Part shown: positions 28,093 through 37,261 of the stretch, one piece after another | Numbering within the stretch: position 1 is the first letter of the stretch | Layout: each line of letters starts with the position of its first letter | Sequence record: SRR2962707_3286 | DNA length: 41,433 nt | Reading direction: 5' to 3' (one strand) | The notes under the pieces: generated by a model | What the model saw: the letters and a program-made list of their open reading frames with translations, nothing else | Database searches by the model: none | What the model was told of the DNA's origin: nothing | Translations under genes and position numbers: made by a program

Positions 28093-28838
28093 TCCTGCTG
28101 TCCGTACGCAACCTATGCAAATCCTACGGCGCGCTTGAGGTGACCCGCGATGTGTCACTAGATGTACAGCCCGGCGAATTGCACGCCATCATCGGGCCCA
28201 ACGGCGCGGGAAAGACGACGCTTATCGGGCAGTTGTCAGGCCAGATTGCACCGGCCTCCGGGTCTGTGTCCCTCAACGGACAGGACATCACCACGCGATC
28301 CATGGCCGAACGCGTCCACCTTGGCCTTGCGCGTTCGTTCCAGATAACCTCGATCCTGCCGCGTTTCACGGTGCTGGAAAACGTCGCTCTTGCGGTGCAA
28401 GCTCGGTCGGGGTCGTCTTTCCGCTTCTTCGCGCCTGTCCAGTCGGAAAGAAAACTGAACGATGCCGCAATGGCCGCGCTGGTCGAGGCAGGGCTGGAAA
28501 ACCGCGCCGCCGTGCGCGCCAGCGCCCTGTCCCATGGCGAACACCGCCGCTTGGAACTTGCCATAGCGCTGGCCACCGAACCCAGGGTTTTGCTGCTGGA
28601 TGAACCGCTGGCCGGCACTGGCGGGGAAGAGGGCGATGCTTTCGTTGAGCGGTTGCGTGCGCTCAAGGGTCGTTTTGCCACCGTGCTGATCGAACATGAC
28701 ATGGAGGCGGTCTTTGCCCTCGCCGACAGGATCTCGGTCCTAGTTTACGGCGAAATCATCGCTTCGGGCACGCCTGATATGATCCGAAATGACCCCCGCG
28801 TCCGCGCCGCCTATTTGGGTGATGAGGAGGCCGCCTAA
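28089..28838 (+). CDS. HAAT ABC ATP-binding protein (LivG-like)
   Basis: GPNGAGKT, LSHGE, LLDEP, IEHDM, VRAAYLG. Start placed at ATG 28089 (ATGA overlap), not 27867. Confidence 0.94.
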   Translation: MILLSVRNLCKSYGALEVTRDVSLDVQPGELHAIIGPNGAGKTTLIGQLSGQIAPASGSVSLNGQDITTRSMAERVHLGLARSFQITSILPRFTVLENVALAVQARSGSSFRFFAPVQSERKLNDAAMAALVEAGLENRAAVRASALSHGEHRRLELAIALATEPRVLLLDEPLAGTGGEEGDAFVERLRALKGRFATVLIEHDMEAVFALADRISVLVYGEIIASGTPDMIRNDPRVRAAYLGDEEAA

Positions 28839-29524
28839 TGCTCGAAGTCACCGGTCTGCAAGCCTCCTACGGCGAAAGCCGCATCTTGTTCGGCATAGAC
28901 CTGCATGTCGCCAAGGGCGAGGTCGTGACCCTGCTGGGGCGCAACGGGATGGGCAAGACGACGACGATCCGCGCAATCTTTGGTATGCTCAAACCGACTG
29001 GCGGCACGGTACGGATAGATGGCAAGGATTTGACCGGGGCTGATCCGCATCTGGTGGCGGGTGCGGGTCTGGGTCTGGTGCCCGAGGGCAGACAGATCTT
29101 TCCCACCCTGACAGTACAGGAAAACCTTCAGGCGACCGCGACCAAAGGCAAATGGACCCTGCAAGGGATCTACGACCTGTTCCCACGCCTGCACGAACGC
29201 CGCCGCAACATGGGCAATCAGCTGTCTGGGGGCGAACAGCAGATGCTGGCCATCGGGCGCGCGCTCATGACCAATCCCCGCCTCGTGGTGCTGGATGAGG
29301 CGACCGAAGGCCTTGCCCCGCTGATCCGCGCCGATATCTGGGCCTGCCTCACCCGGCTCAAATCCGAGGGCGAGGCAATCCTTGTCATCGACAAGAATGT
29401 CGATGCACTGACAAAATTCGCCGACCGCCATGTGGTGATCGAAAAGGGCCAGGTCGTGTGGCAGGGCACGACGGCTGATATTCTGGCGACCCCGGACGTC
29501 AAGGACCGGTTCCTGCATGTCTGA
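28838..29524 (+). CDS. HAAT ABC ATP-binding protein (LivF-like)
   Basis: GRNGMGKT, VPEGRQIF, LSGGEQQM, LDEATEGLAP. Confidence 0.94.
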   Translation: MLEVTGLQASYGESRILFGIDLHVAKGEVVTLLGRNGMGKTTTIRAIFGMLKPTGGTVRIDGKDLTGADPHLVAGAGLGLVPEGRQIFPTLTVQENLQATATKGKWTLQGIYDLFPRLHERRRNMGNQLSGGEQQMLAIGRALMTNPRLVVLDEATEGLAPLIRADIWACLTRLKSEGEAILVIDKNVDALTKFADRHVVIEKGQVVWQGTTADILATPDVKDRFLHV

Positions 29525-29542
29525 CCCAACCCAAAGGACCCC

Positions 29543-30001
29543 ATGATGAAGATGATCCCCGGTGTGACAAAATCCGGTTCCGGCATGGACAATATCAGCT
29601 GGAACATCCTCGGGCAGACCTATGTGCCCAAGCAGCATTCTGAATCTGCCATGTCTTGGCACGCGACCCTGCCCAAAGGCACGTTCGTGCCGCCCCATAT
29701 TCACCCGCATCAGGACGAATTCATCTATGTGTTGGAAGGCCGGTTCGATCTGCTGCTGAACGGCGTCGAAACCTATGCAGAACCGGGTGATCTGATCCGC
29801 CTGCCGATGGGCATTCCGCACGGCATCTTCAACAAAACCGACACCACCATCAAATGCCTGTTCTGGGTCGCCCCGTCCCGCAGGCTTTATGATCTGTTCT
29901 GGGCTTTGCACAATCTGGGCCCCAAGGCCAATCCGGCGGATGTGGTCGCCGTTTCCGCCCAGCACGAGGTGGATTTCCTGCCCCCGCCCGAGGAGGCGTA
30001 A
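29543..30001 (+). CDS. Monocupin with a 3His-1Glu metal motif (copy 2)
   Basis: HIHPHQDE and PMGIPHG; AAAGGA RBS. Confidence 0.88.
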   Translation: MMKMIPGVTKSGSGMDNISWNILGQTYVPKQHSESAMSWHATLPKGTFVPPHIHPHQDEFIYVLEGRFDLLLNGVETYAEPGDLIRLPMGIPHGIFNKTDTTIKCLFWVAPSRRLYDLFWALHNLGPKANPADVVAVSAQHEVDFLPPPEEA

Positions 30002-31249
30002 ATGAAGGTCCTGATCGCAGGCGCCGGGATCGGCGGGCTGGTGACGGCCTTGATGCTGCACCAGCGCGGCATCCCGGTCCAAGTGTTCGAGGCATCGCGC
30101 GAAGTGCGCGAAGTCGGCGTGGGCATCAACGTCCTGCCCCACGCGATCCGGGAGCTTGAGGCACTGGGCCTCCTGCCCGCTCTCGACAAGGTCGGCGTTC
30201 GCACGCGCAAGCTGTCCTACCTCACCAAGCAGGGGCAAGAGGTCTGGTCTGAACTGCGTGGCCTGCATGCGGGCCACGAGGTGCCACAGTTTTCGATCCA
30301 CCGGGGCCGTCTGCAAAAAACGATCTATGACGCGGTGATTGCCCGTCTGGGGCCGGATTCGGTGCTGACCGGGCGCCGCATGGCCGGCTTTGTTCAGGAT
30401 GAATCCGGCGTTACCGCGCATTTCACCGATTCGGTCGAAGGCGGCCCCGGCATCAGCGCCCGTGGTGATGTTCTGATCTGTGCCGACGGCATTCATTCCC
30501 AGGGGCGCAAGACCTTTTACCCAGACGAAGGCGCGCCCAGCTGGCAGGGCGTCGCCATGTGGCGTGGTGCTGCGGACTGGCCAGTCTGGCTGGATGGCGA
30601 AAGCATGGCAATCGGCGGCGGGCTGGGCGGCAAATTCGTTCTCTACCCCATCGCGCCTGCAAAGGACGGCAAACAGCTGACCAACTGGGTGGTCAATATC
30701 CGCATCAAAGACCCCGCCATTTCCGGCCCACTGCCAGACAACTGGTCGCGTCAGGTGCCGCTCGCGACCGTGCTGCCCCATGCCAAACGTTTCAACGTGC
30801 CGGGCATGGACATCGAAGGGCTGGTACGTGCCACCCCTGCGATCTTTGAATATCCGATGGCGGATCGTGACCCCCTGCCCCGCTGGACGTTCGGGCGGGT
30901 CACATTGCTGGGCGACGCGGCGCATCCAATGTACCCGGTGGGGTCGAACGGTGCCTCGCAGGCGATACTGGATGCACGCTGCATCGTGGACAATCTGGCT
31001 GCCGGCGAACATCCGCGCGCCGCGCTCTGGGCCTATGAAAAGGACCGCCTGCCAAAGACCACCGAAGTGGTGCGCACCAACCGGCTTGGCGGACCTGAAC
31101 GGGTGATCGACGCAGTGGAAAGGATCGCCCCCGCAGGGTTCGACGATATCAACAGCGTGCTAAGCCTTGAGGCGCGCCAGGCCATCGTCGGCGGCTATGC
31201 CAGCATGGCGGGTTTTTCCAGCGTCACACGGGGGGCCAAGGCAGGCTGA
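30002..31249 (+). CDS. Group A flavin-dependent monooxygenase, PhzS/salicylate-hydroxylase-like
   Basis: GAGIGG, GVGINVLPHA, SIHRGRL, ADGIHS, LGDAAHPMYPVGSNGASQA; GAGGAGG RBS. Confidence 0.92.
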   Translation: MKVLIAGAGIGGLVTALMLHQRGIPVQVFEASREVREVGVGINVLPHAIRELEALGLLPALDKVGVRTRKLSYLTKQGQEVWSELRGLHAGHEVPQFSIHRGRLQKTIYDAVIARLGPDSVLTGRRMAGFVQDESGVTAHFTDSVEGGPGISARGDVLICADGIHSQGRKTFYPDEGAPSWQGVAMWRGAADWPVWLDGESMAIGGGLGGKFVLYPIAPAKDGKQLTNWVVNIRIKDPAISGPLPDNWSRQVPLATVLPHAKRFNVPGMDIEGLVRATPAIFEYPMADRDPLPRWTFGRVTLLGDAAHPMYPVGSNGASQAILDARCIVDNLAAGEHPRAALWAYEKDRLPKTTEVVRTNRLGGPERVIDAVERIAPAGFDDINSVLSLEARQAIVGGYASMAGFSSVTRGAKAG

Positions 31250-31631
31250 CAACCGCGCCAGCATATGCATCCAGGCTAGCCCCCGGTCAAGGCAGCGGCG
31301 GTGTTGCCCGCGCTCCGGGGCGCGGCCCCTGGCAAAATTGAAACCACGATAGGACCGACCCAAACCGGGCATCGCAACAATTTCTCGGCACCGCGACGGA
31401 ACCTGCTGGGTCGGACGTTGTATCCAAAAGGCCACTAACGGGGACAGCCTGAATGGACCGCACATCCGGCATGCGCCGCGCAAAGACGACCCACACAACG
31501 TGCTTCAATTTTGGGTGTCCTGCGTCACGCAGGCATTGGCAATCCAGGATCGCCGGCTATTGTTCGGCTTAACCTTCGGCCTCATCCTTTCTTTTCCGGT
31601 TCGCCTGCCCATTGAACGAAAGACATCCCAC

Positions 31632-32984
31632 ATGAAGTTCCAACCCCCCGCCATGACCGCTGTGATGCTTGGTCTTGTGGCCTGCACCGCTGTAGGCCCG
31701 GATTACAAGGCCCCCAACATCGCGCTGGCCACCAGCTTTGCCGAAGGCGGTGCCGCCCCCATAGGCGATATCAGCCAGCAGATGTGGTGGACGGATTATC
31801 AGGATAAGACGCTGAACGCTTTGGTCGACCGGGGTCTTGCGCAGAATATCGATATCCGCACAGCAATCGAACTCATATCAGAGGCTCAGGCGAATCTGCG
31901 CACCACCGGAATTTCTGCGCAGACCAGCGGAGCGCTCAGCGGCAGCTTGGAACGGTCAGGATCGACTGGCGTGAACTATACCCAAAGCACGTCCGCCACT
32001 TTCAGCCCCTCGATCATTCTCGACCTGTTCGGCGGTGAACGGCGGACCCGCGAACAGGCTCTGGCGCAACTCGAAGGCGTGCAGCTGGATGTGGGTGTGG
32101 CACGGCTGGCGTTTCTGTCCTCGCTGGTCACGAACTACATCGACGCGCGCTACTATCAAGAGGCACTGGCCATCACCCGCCAGAACCTGAGCAGCCGCGG
32201 CGAGACGCTGGACCTGGTGAAACGCCAACGCAGCGCCGGGACGGTATCGGATCTGGACGTCGCCCGCGCACAGGCAGTCTATGACGAAACTAGGGCCAGT
32301 ATCCCATCACTCGAATCGAACTTTCTAGCGACGGTATATGCCCTCGCGACACTTCTTGCGGAACCGGCGCAACCGCTGATCGCAAACCTGCAACGCGGCG
32401 CACCGCAGCCACGCAAACGCGGGCAGTCCACTGCTGGCGTTCCCGCCGATCTGCTGCGTAACCGGCCAGACGTGCAGTCATCTGAACGCGATTTTGCCGC
32501 GGCCGTCGCAGCCGTCGGCATCGCCGAGGCGGAACTATACCCGGCACTGAGCCTGAGCGGCTCCGTAACAAGCGCGTCAACGCGTAGCTGGAGTTTCGGC
32601 CCCACCGTCAGCATTCCGGTTCTGAGCCAGCCGGCATTGCGCGGCAGCCGCGACGAAGCCATCAGCGAAGCCCAGCAGGCAGAGCTGACCTGGCGTGCCT
32701 CTGTTCTGGACGCGGTCGAGGATGTACAATCTGCACAGACCGCCTACAGCCGTAGCGCGGCCACCGTCTCAGCGACGCGTGCGGCGCTGACATCTTACGA
32801 ACGTGTGGTCGAACTGTCGCGTGCAACTTACGAGGGCGGTACAACAACCCTCCTCGATCTGCTAGATTCCGAACGGTCTCGCGGTAGCGCGCAGCTGTCG
32901 CTGGCGCAGGCAGTGCGCGATCAGGCCAATAACTGGGGCACGTTGCAGATCGCATCGGGGCGCGGCTGGAACTATCAGCGTTAA
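31632..32984 (+). CDS. Outer-membrane factor lipoprotein (NodT/OprM family)
   Basis: Lipobox LVAC followed by TAVGPDY, WW..YQDKTL, DLFGG, PADLLRNRPDV, LYPALSL. Start placed at ATG 31632. Confidence 0.92.
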   Translation: MKFQPPAMTAVMLGLVACTAVGPDYKAPNIALATSFAEGGAAPIGDISQQMWWTDYQDKTLNALVDRGLAQNIDIRTAIELISEAQANLRTTGISAQTSGALSGSLERSGSTGVNYTQSTSATFSPSIILDLFGGERRTREQALAQLEGVQLDVGVARLAFLSSLVTNYIDARYYQEALAITRQNLSSRGETLDLVKRQRSAGTVSDLDVARAQAVYDETRASIPSLESNFLATVYALATLLAEPAQPLIANLQRGAPQPRKRGQSTAGVPADLLRNRPDVQSSERDFAAAVAAVGIAEAELYPALSLSGSVTSASTRSWSFGPTVSIPVLSQPALRGSRDEAISEAQQAELTWRASVLDAVEDVQSAQTAYSRSAATVSATRAALTSYERVVELSRATYEGGTTTLLDLLDSERSRGSAQLSLAQAVRDQANNWGTLQIASGRGWNYQR

Positions 32985-33058
32985 AGCGGTGCCGGGGTTT
33001 AAATGGGCGCCGTCCCTGCTAGGTATCAGCCTGCCCCGGCTGAAAGGACCCAGACCAA

Positions 33059-33712
33059 GTGCTGTCCGCCCGCGACCTGACCAAAAGCTTTGCAACCTCT
33101 GAAGGTCCGCTTCAGGTGTTGCGCGGCGTGTCTCTGGACATCGCGCAGGGACAAAGCGTCGCTCTGACCGGCGAAAGCGGGTCTGGGAAAAGCACACTGC
33201 TGCATCTTCTGGGCTGTCTCGACACACCTGACGGCGGCACGATCACGTTGGCGGGCACCCCACTGCACGATCTGGACGAGGCGGAGCGCGCCCAAATCCG
33301 CCGGACGCGGGTCAGCGTGATCTTTCAACAGCTCAACCTGATCCCGTCCCTGACCGTGGCGCAGAACCTTGATTTTCAGGCGCGGCTGGCCGGCGTGCTG
33401 GATCGGGGCTGGCAACAGGAACTGTCGGCGCGGCTCGGGCTGGACCCCCTGCTGGCCCGCTACCCCGAACAGTTGTCGGGCGGGCAGCAGCAGCGCGTCG
33501 CGATTGGCCGGTCGCTGGCCATTCGCCCGCAACTGCTCTTGGCGGATGAACCGACCGGCAATCTGGACGAGGCGACGGCTGACACTGTGCTTGACCTGCT
33601 GCTTGATGGCGTGGCGCGCAGCGGATCGACCCTGCTGATGGTCACACATTCGCCACGGCTGGCCGCACGGCTGAACCGTGCGCTGCACCTGCAAGAGGGG
33701 CAGTTACTGTGA
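33059..33712 (+). CDS. LolD/MacB-type ABC ATP-binding protein (AttE-like)
   Basis: GESGSGKS, LSGGQQQRVAI, ADEPTGNLD, VTH; GTG start with GAAAGGA RBS. Confidence 0.93.
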   Translation: MLSARDLTKSFATSEGPLQVLRGVSLDIAQGQSVALTGESGSGKSTLLHLLGCLDTPDGGTITLAGTPLHDLDEAERAQIRRTRVSVIFQQLNLIPSLTVAQNLDFQARLAGVLDRGWQQELSARLGLDPLLARYPEQLSGGQQQRVAIGRSLAIRPQLLLADEPTGNLDEATADTVLDLLLDGVARSGSTLLMVTHSPRLAARLNRALHLQEGQLL

Positions 33713-36099
33713 ACCGGGCCGCGTTGCTGGCGCTTTGGTCCCACTGGCACCGCCACCGCACGCAACTGGCGACGCTGGTGGCCGGGCTTGCGCTGGCCAC
33801 CGCGCTATGGTCCGGGGTGCAGGCGATAAACGACGAGGCCCGAAAAAGCTATGATCGCGCAGCCTCTGTGCTGGGTCAGGACCGTCTTGATCGGCTTGAG
33901 GCACCGGACGGGATTACCCTGCCCCAGTATATCGCCCTGCGCCGCGCCGGCTGGAACCTAAGCCCGGTGGTCGAGGGGGAGTTACCAAACAATAACCTGA
34001 GCATTCTGGGGCTGGACCCGCTGACCGCACCGCCACAACCAGCGTTGGCCGCCTTTGCCGGTGGTAGTGCCGCCCTCGCAGATTTTCTGGGCGTCGGTTT
34101 TCTGCTGGTGGCCCCCGAAACCGCAGCGCGCCTTGCAGGCGCGGACCTGCCGTCCCTGCGCATCTCAGCGGATGTGCCACCCGGCACCGCCATCACCGAT
34201 ATCGGCGTCGCGCTGCGACTGCTGCGCACCGAACGGCTCAGCCATCTGCTGATCGCGCGCCAGCAACCTATGGGACTGCCACCCCTGGCCAACATCAGTG
34301 ACCTGCGCCGAGTCACCCCGCAAGATCAGTCATCGCTCGCTCAGATGACGGAAAGCTTTCACCTCAACCTAACCGCCTTTGGCCTGCTGTCCTTTGCCGT
34401 GGGGCTTTTCATCGTGCAATCCGCGATTGGGCTTGCCTTTGAACAACGTCGCACCACCCTGCGCACCCTGCGTGCCCTTGGGCTAAGCCTACGGCGGCTG
34501 ATCGCGCTTCTGGCGCTGGAGCTTGGCGCGCTTGCACTGGTCTCTGGCATCATCGGTGTCGGCCTTGGCTATGGTATCGCAGCGGCGCTGTTACCCGGGG
34601 TCGCGGGCACCCTGCGCGGGCTTTATGGCGCACAGATCACCGGCACGCTCGGACTTGATCCGCTCTGGGCGCTGTCGGCGCTTGGCATGACCTTTCTGGG
34701 TGTGGCGGCGGCGGGCGTACAGGCGCTTTGGCGGGTGGCACGGATGCCGCTGCTGGCACCTGCGCACCCACGAGCCTGGGCAATGGCATCGCGCCACGCG
34801 ATCACCGTACAGACCGCTGCCGCCATCGGTCTGCTGTCCATCGCGGGCGTTCTGGCGATCTGGGGCGGATCGTTGTTGTCTGGTTTTGCCTGCCTTGCCG
34901 CCCTGTTGATCGGATCGGCGCTGGCCCTGCCAGTGCTGCTGCTGGCGCTGTTGCGGCTGGCGGGCAAGGTCGCGCGCGGACCGCTGGGCGAATGGCTGGT
35001 GGCCGATGCGCGCCAACAGGTGCCTGCCCTGTCGCTGGCGCTGATGGCCCTGCTGCTGGCGCTGTCGGCAAACGTCGGCGTGGGCACGATGGTCGGATCC
35101 TTCCGCGCCACCTTTGTCGGCTGGCTGGATCAGCGGCTTGTCTCCGAACTCTATATCACAGCCGACAGCGCCGATCAGGCCGACGAAATCCGCACCTATC
35201 TGCAGCCGCGCAGCGATGCGGTTCTGCCGATCTGGTCCATAGGTATCACGCTGCGTGGCGCACCGGCCGAAGTGTACGGCGTTGCCGACCACATCACCTA
35301 TCGCGATCACTGGCCCTTGCTCGACGCGCAACCCGGCGCCTGGGACCGGCTTGCTGCGGGCAGCGGGGCCCTGATCAACGAACAACTGGCGCATCGTGAC
35401 GGCCTTGGGGTGGGCGATACCTTGGAGCTGGACGATGGTTGGGTCGAACCGGTCGTTGGCATCTATTCCGACTATGGCAACCCGCAGGCACAGGTGATCA
35501 CCGGGACGGATGCGCTGGCGGCACGCTATCCCGACACCCCCATACTACGCCTTGCGGTGCGGGTTGATCAGGCGCGTGTGCCCAGCCTGATCGCCGATCT
35601 GACAGACCGCTTTGCCCTGCCAGAGGGTGCCGTGCGCAACCAAAGCGAGGTAAAGGCGACGGCATTGGGGATCTTCGATCAGACGTTTGTCGTGACCGGC
35701 GCACTGAATATCCTCACCCTCGGGGTTGCGGGTTTTGCCATGCTGACCAGCCTGCTGACCCTGTCACACCTACGACTGCCGCAGGTTGCGCCGGTCTGGG
35801 CACTCGGGGTCGCGCCCCGCCGGATTGCGGTTGCGGAACTAGCGCGTACCGTCCTGCTGGCCGGGCTGACATGGGCCCTGTCCGTGCCGGTGGGTATGGC
35901 GCTTGCATGGGTGCTGCTGGCGGTGGTCAACGTACAGGCCTTTGGCTGGCGTCTGCCGATGCAGGTATTCCCCGGTGGCTGGCTCTGGCTGGGTTTCTGG
36001 GCGCTGGTGGCGGCGGTGCTGGCCAGCGCAGGACCGGTCTGGCGGCTGGTTTCCCTGCCCGGTGATCAATTGCTGCGGGTCTTCGCCAATGATCGCTAG
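33709..36099 (+). CDS. Double FtsX/MacB-like ABC permease (AttF/G-like)
   Basis: 796 aa with two TM bundles and two periplasmic domains; SFHLNLTAF, VGSFRATF, YSDYGNP, FGWRLP. Confidence 0.9.
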   Translation: MNRAALLALWSHWHRHRTQLATLVAGLALATALWSGVQAINDEARKSYDRAASVLGQDRLDRLEAPDGITLPQYIALRRAGWNLSPVVEGELPNNNLSILGLDPLTAPPQPALAAFAGGSAALADFLGVGFLLVAPETAARLAGADLPSLRISADVPPGTAITDIGVALRLLRTERLSHLLIARQQPMGLPPLANISDLRRVTPQDQSSLAQMTESFHLNLTAFGLLSFAVGLFIVQSAIGLAFEQRRTTLRTLRALGLSLRRLIALLALELGALALVSGIIGVGLGYGIAAALLPGVAGTLRGLYGAQITGTLGLDPLWALSALGMTFLGVAAAGVQALWRVARMPLLAPAHPRAWAMASRHAITVQTAAAIGLLSIAGVLAIWGGSLLSGFACLAALLIGSALALPVLLLALLRLAGKVARGPLGEWLVADARQQVPALSLALMALLLALSANVGVGTMVGSFRATFVGWLDQRLVSELYITADSADQADEIRTYLQPRSDAVLPIWSIGITLRGAPAEVYGVADHITYRDHWPLLDAQPGAWDRLAAGSGALINEQLAHRDGLGVGDTLELDDGWVEPVVGIYSDYGNPQAQVITGTDALAARYPDTPILRLAVRVDQARVPSLIADLTDRFALPEGAVRNQSEVKATALGIFDQTFVVTGALNILTLGVAGFAMLTSLLTLSHLRLPQVAPVWALGVAPRRIAVAELARTVLLAGLTWALSVPVGMALAWVLLAVVNVQAFGWRLPMQVFPGGWLWLGFWALVAAVLASAGPVWRLVSLPGDQLLRVFANDR

Positions 36100-37147
36100 G
36101 GCGCTTGCTCTTGTCTGGATCTGCCTGGCCGACGTTGCCGGGGCGCAAGGGTTTGCCGGACTTGGCACCGACGCCGACGAATTTTCCCTGCCCTCTGCGC
36201 AAACCGTACTGGACTTTCCCGCCGATCATTTATCGCACCCGGATTTCCGCATCGAATGGTGGTATCTGACTGCCAATTTAGAGGACGCATATGGCGAGGC
36301 ATATGGTGTGCAGTGGACGCTGTTCCGCTCTGCCCTGTCACGGGAGCCGGGCACCAGCTGGCAAACCCCGCAGATCTGGATGGGTCATGCGGCACTGACC
36401 TCTGCGACTGACCACCGCTTTGCCCAAAGGCTGGCGCGCGGCGGGATCGGTCAGGCGGGCGTCACAGATGATCCGTTCACGGCGTTCATCGACGACTGGT
36501 CGATGCAAAGCCGGGCGGAAACAGGCGATCCGCTGCACACACTGTCATTGCGTGCGCGCGGCGCGGATTTTTCCTATGATCTATCCATGACGGCGCAGCA
36601 CAATCTGATCCTGCAGGGTGATCAAGGTTTCTCCGTCAAATCCCCGGTAGGCGGGGCAAGCTATTATTACTCACAACCCTCCTATCTGGTCAGTGGCACG
36701 CTCACCCTGCCCGATGGAGATATTGACGTCACAGGGCGCGCCTGGCTCGACCATGAATGGTCGTCCCAACCGTTGGCGGCGGATCAGGTCGGCTGGGACT
36801 GGCTGTCGCTGCATTTCAATGACGGATCCAAGATGATGGGGTTCGGTCTGCGCGATACATCAGGCGGGCACTTCACCTCTGCCACATGGGTGACGCCATC
36901 GGGCGAAACGACAGCCTACGGCGACGGGTCCCTGATGCTGGAGCCGTTGGAGTCGGCCAAGGTCGCAGGTAGCAGGGTGCCGGTGCGCTGGCGGGTTCGT
37001 TTGCCGGAACGCCGGATCGACATCGTGACAGAACCGCTCAACCCGCAAAGTTGGATGGGCACGCTATTTCCTTATTGGGAGGGCCCGATTGGTTTCAGCG
37101 GCAGCCACGACGGCAGCGGCTACCTGGAAATGACCGGGTACGACTAG
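36089..37147 (+). CDS. Exported lipocalin-like protein, AttH/CrtC family
   Basis: Signal peptide MIARALALVW..AGAQ, HPDFRIEWWY, SYYYSQP, WLDHEWSSQ, WDW, YWEGP, GYLEMTGY. Start at ATG 36089, overlapping the permease end. Confidence 0.88.
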   Translation: MIARALALVWICLADVAGAQGFAGLGTDADEFSLPSAQTVLDFPADHLSHPDFRIEWWYLTANLEDAYGEAYGVQWTLFRSALSREPGTSWQTPQIWMGHAALTSATDHRFAQRLARGGIGQAGVTDDPFTAFIDDWSMQSRAETGDPLHTLSLRARGADFSYDLSMTAQHNLILQGDQGFSVKSPVGGASYYYSQPSYLVSGTLTLPDGDIDVTGRAWLDHEWSSQPLAADQVGWDWLSLHFNDGSKMMGFGLRDTSGGHFTSATWVTPSGETTAYGDGSLMLEPLESAKVAGSRVPVRWRVRLPERRIDIVTEPLNPQSWMGTLFPYWEGPIGFSGSHDGSGYLEMTGYD

Positions 37148-37261
37148 GGCATCCGCCCCGAAATGACTACAGGCTCTGGCGCCCTCGGCGGTTGGCCGTC
37201 TTCGCCGTTGCCCCTATCGGTTGGGCGGTTAGAGTGCCCGAAAACGTGGGGAAGCGGTCAC

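Noticed and set aside
28835..31012. 725-aa minus-strand ORF
   Set aside because: Antisense shadow of the LivF-like, cupin and monooxygenase genes, which share one frame (offsets 705 and 459 nt are multiples of 3); no recognisable motifs.
31253..31263. CCGCGCCAGCA just after the monooxygenase stop as an attR copy of the tRNA 3' end
   Set aside because: Only about 8 GC-rich matching bases and no T-arm sequence; expected by chance, although the position at the cluster end is suggestive.
31250..31631. 380-nt gap before the OMF gene as a riboswitch or sRNA; N-terminal extension of ORF 31500
   Set aside because: No recognisable riboswitch consensus or terminator; the lipoprotein signal peptide fits a start at 31632.
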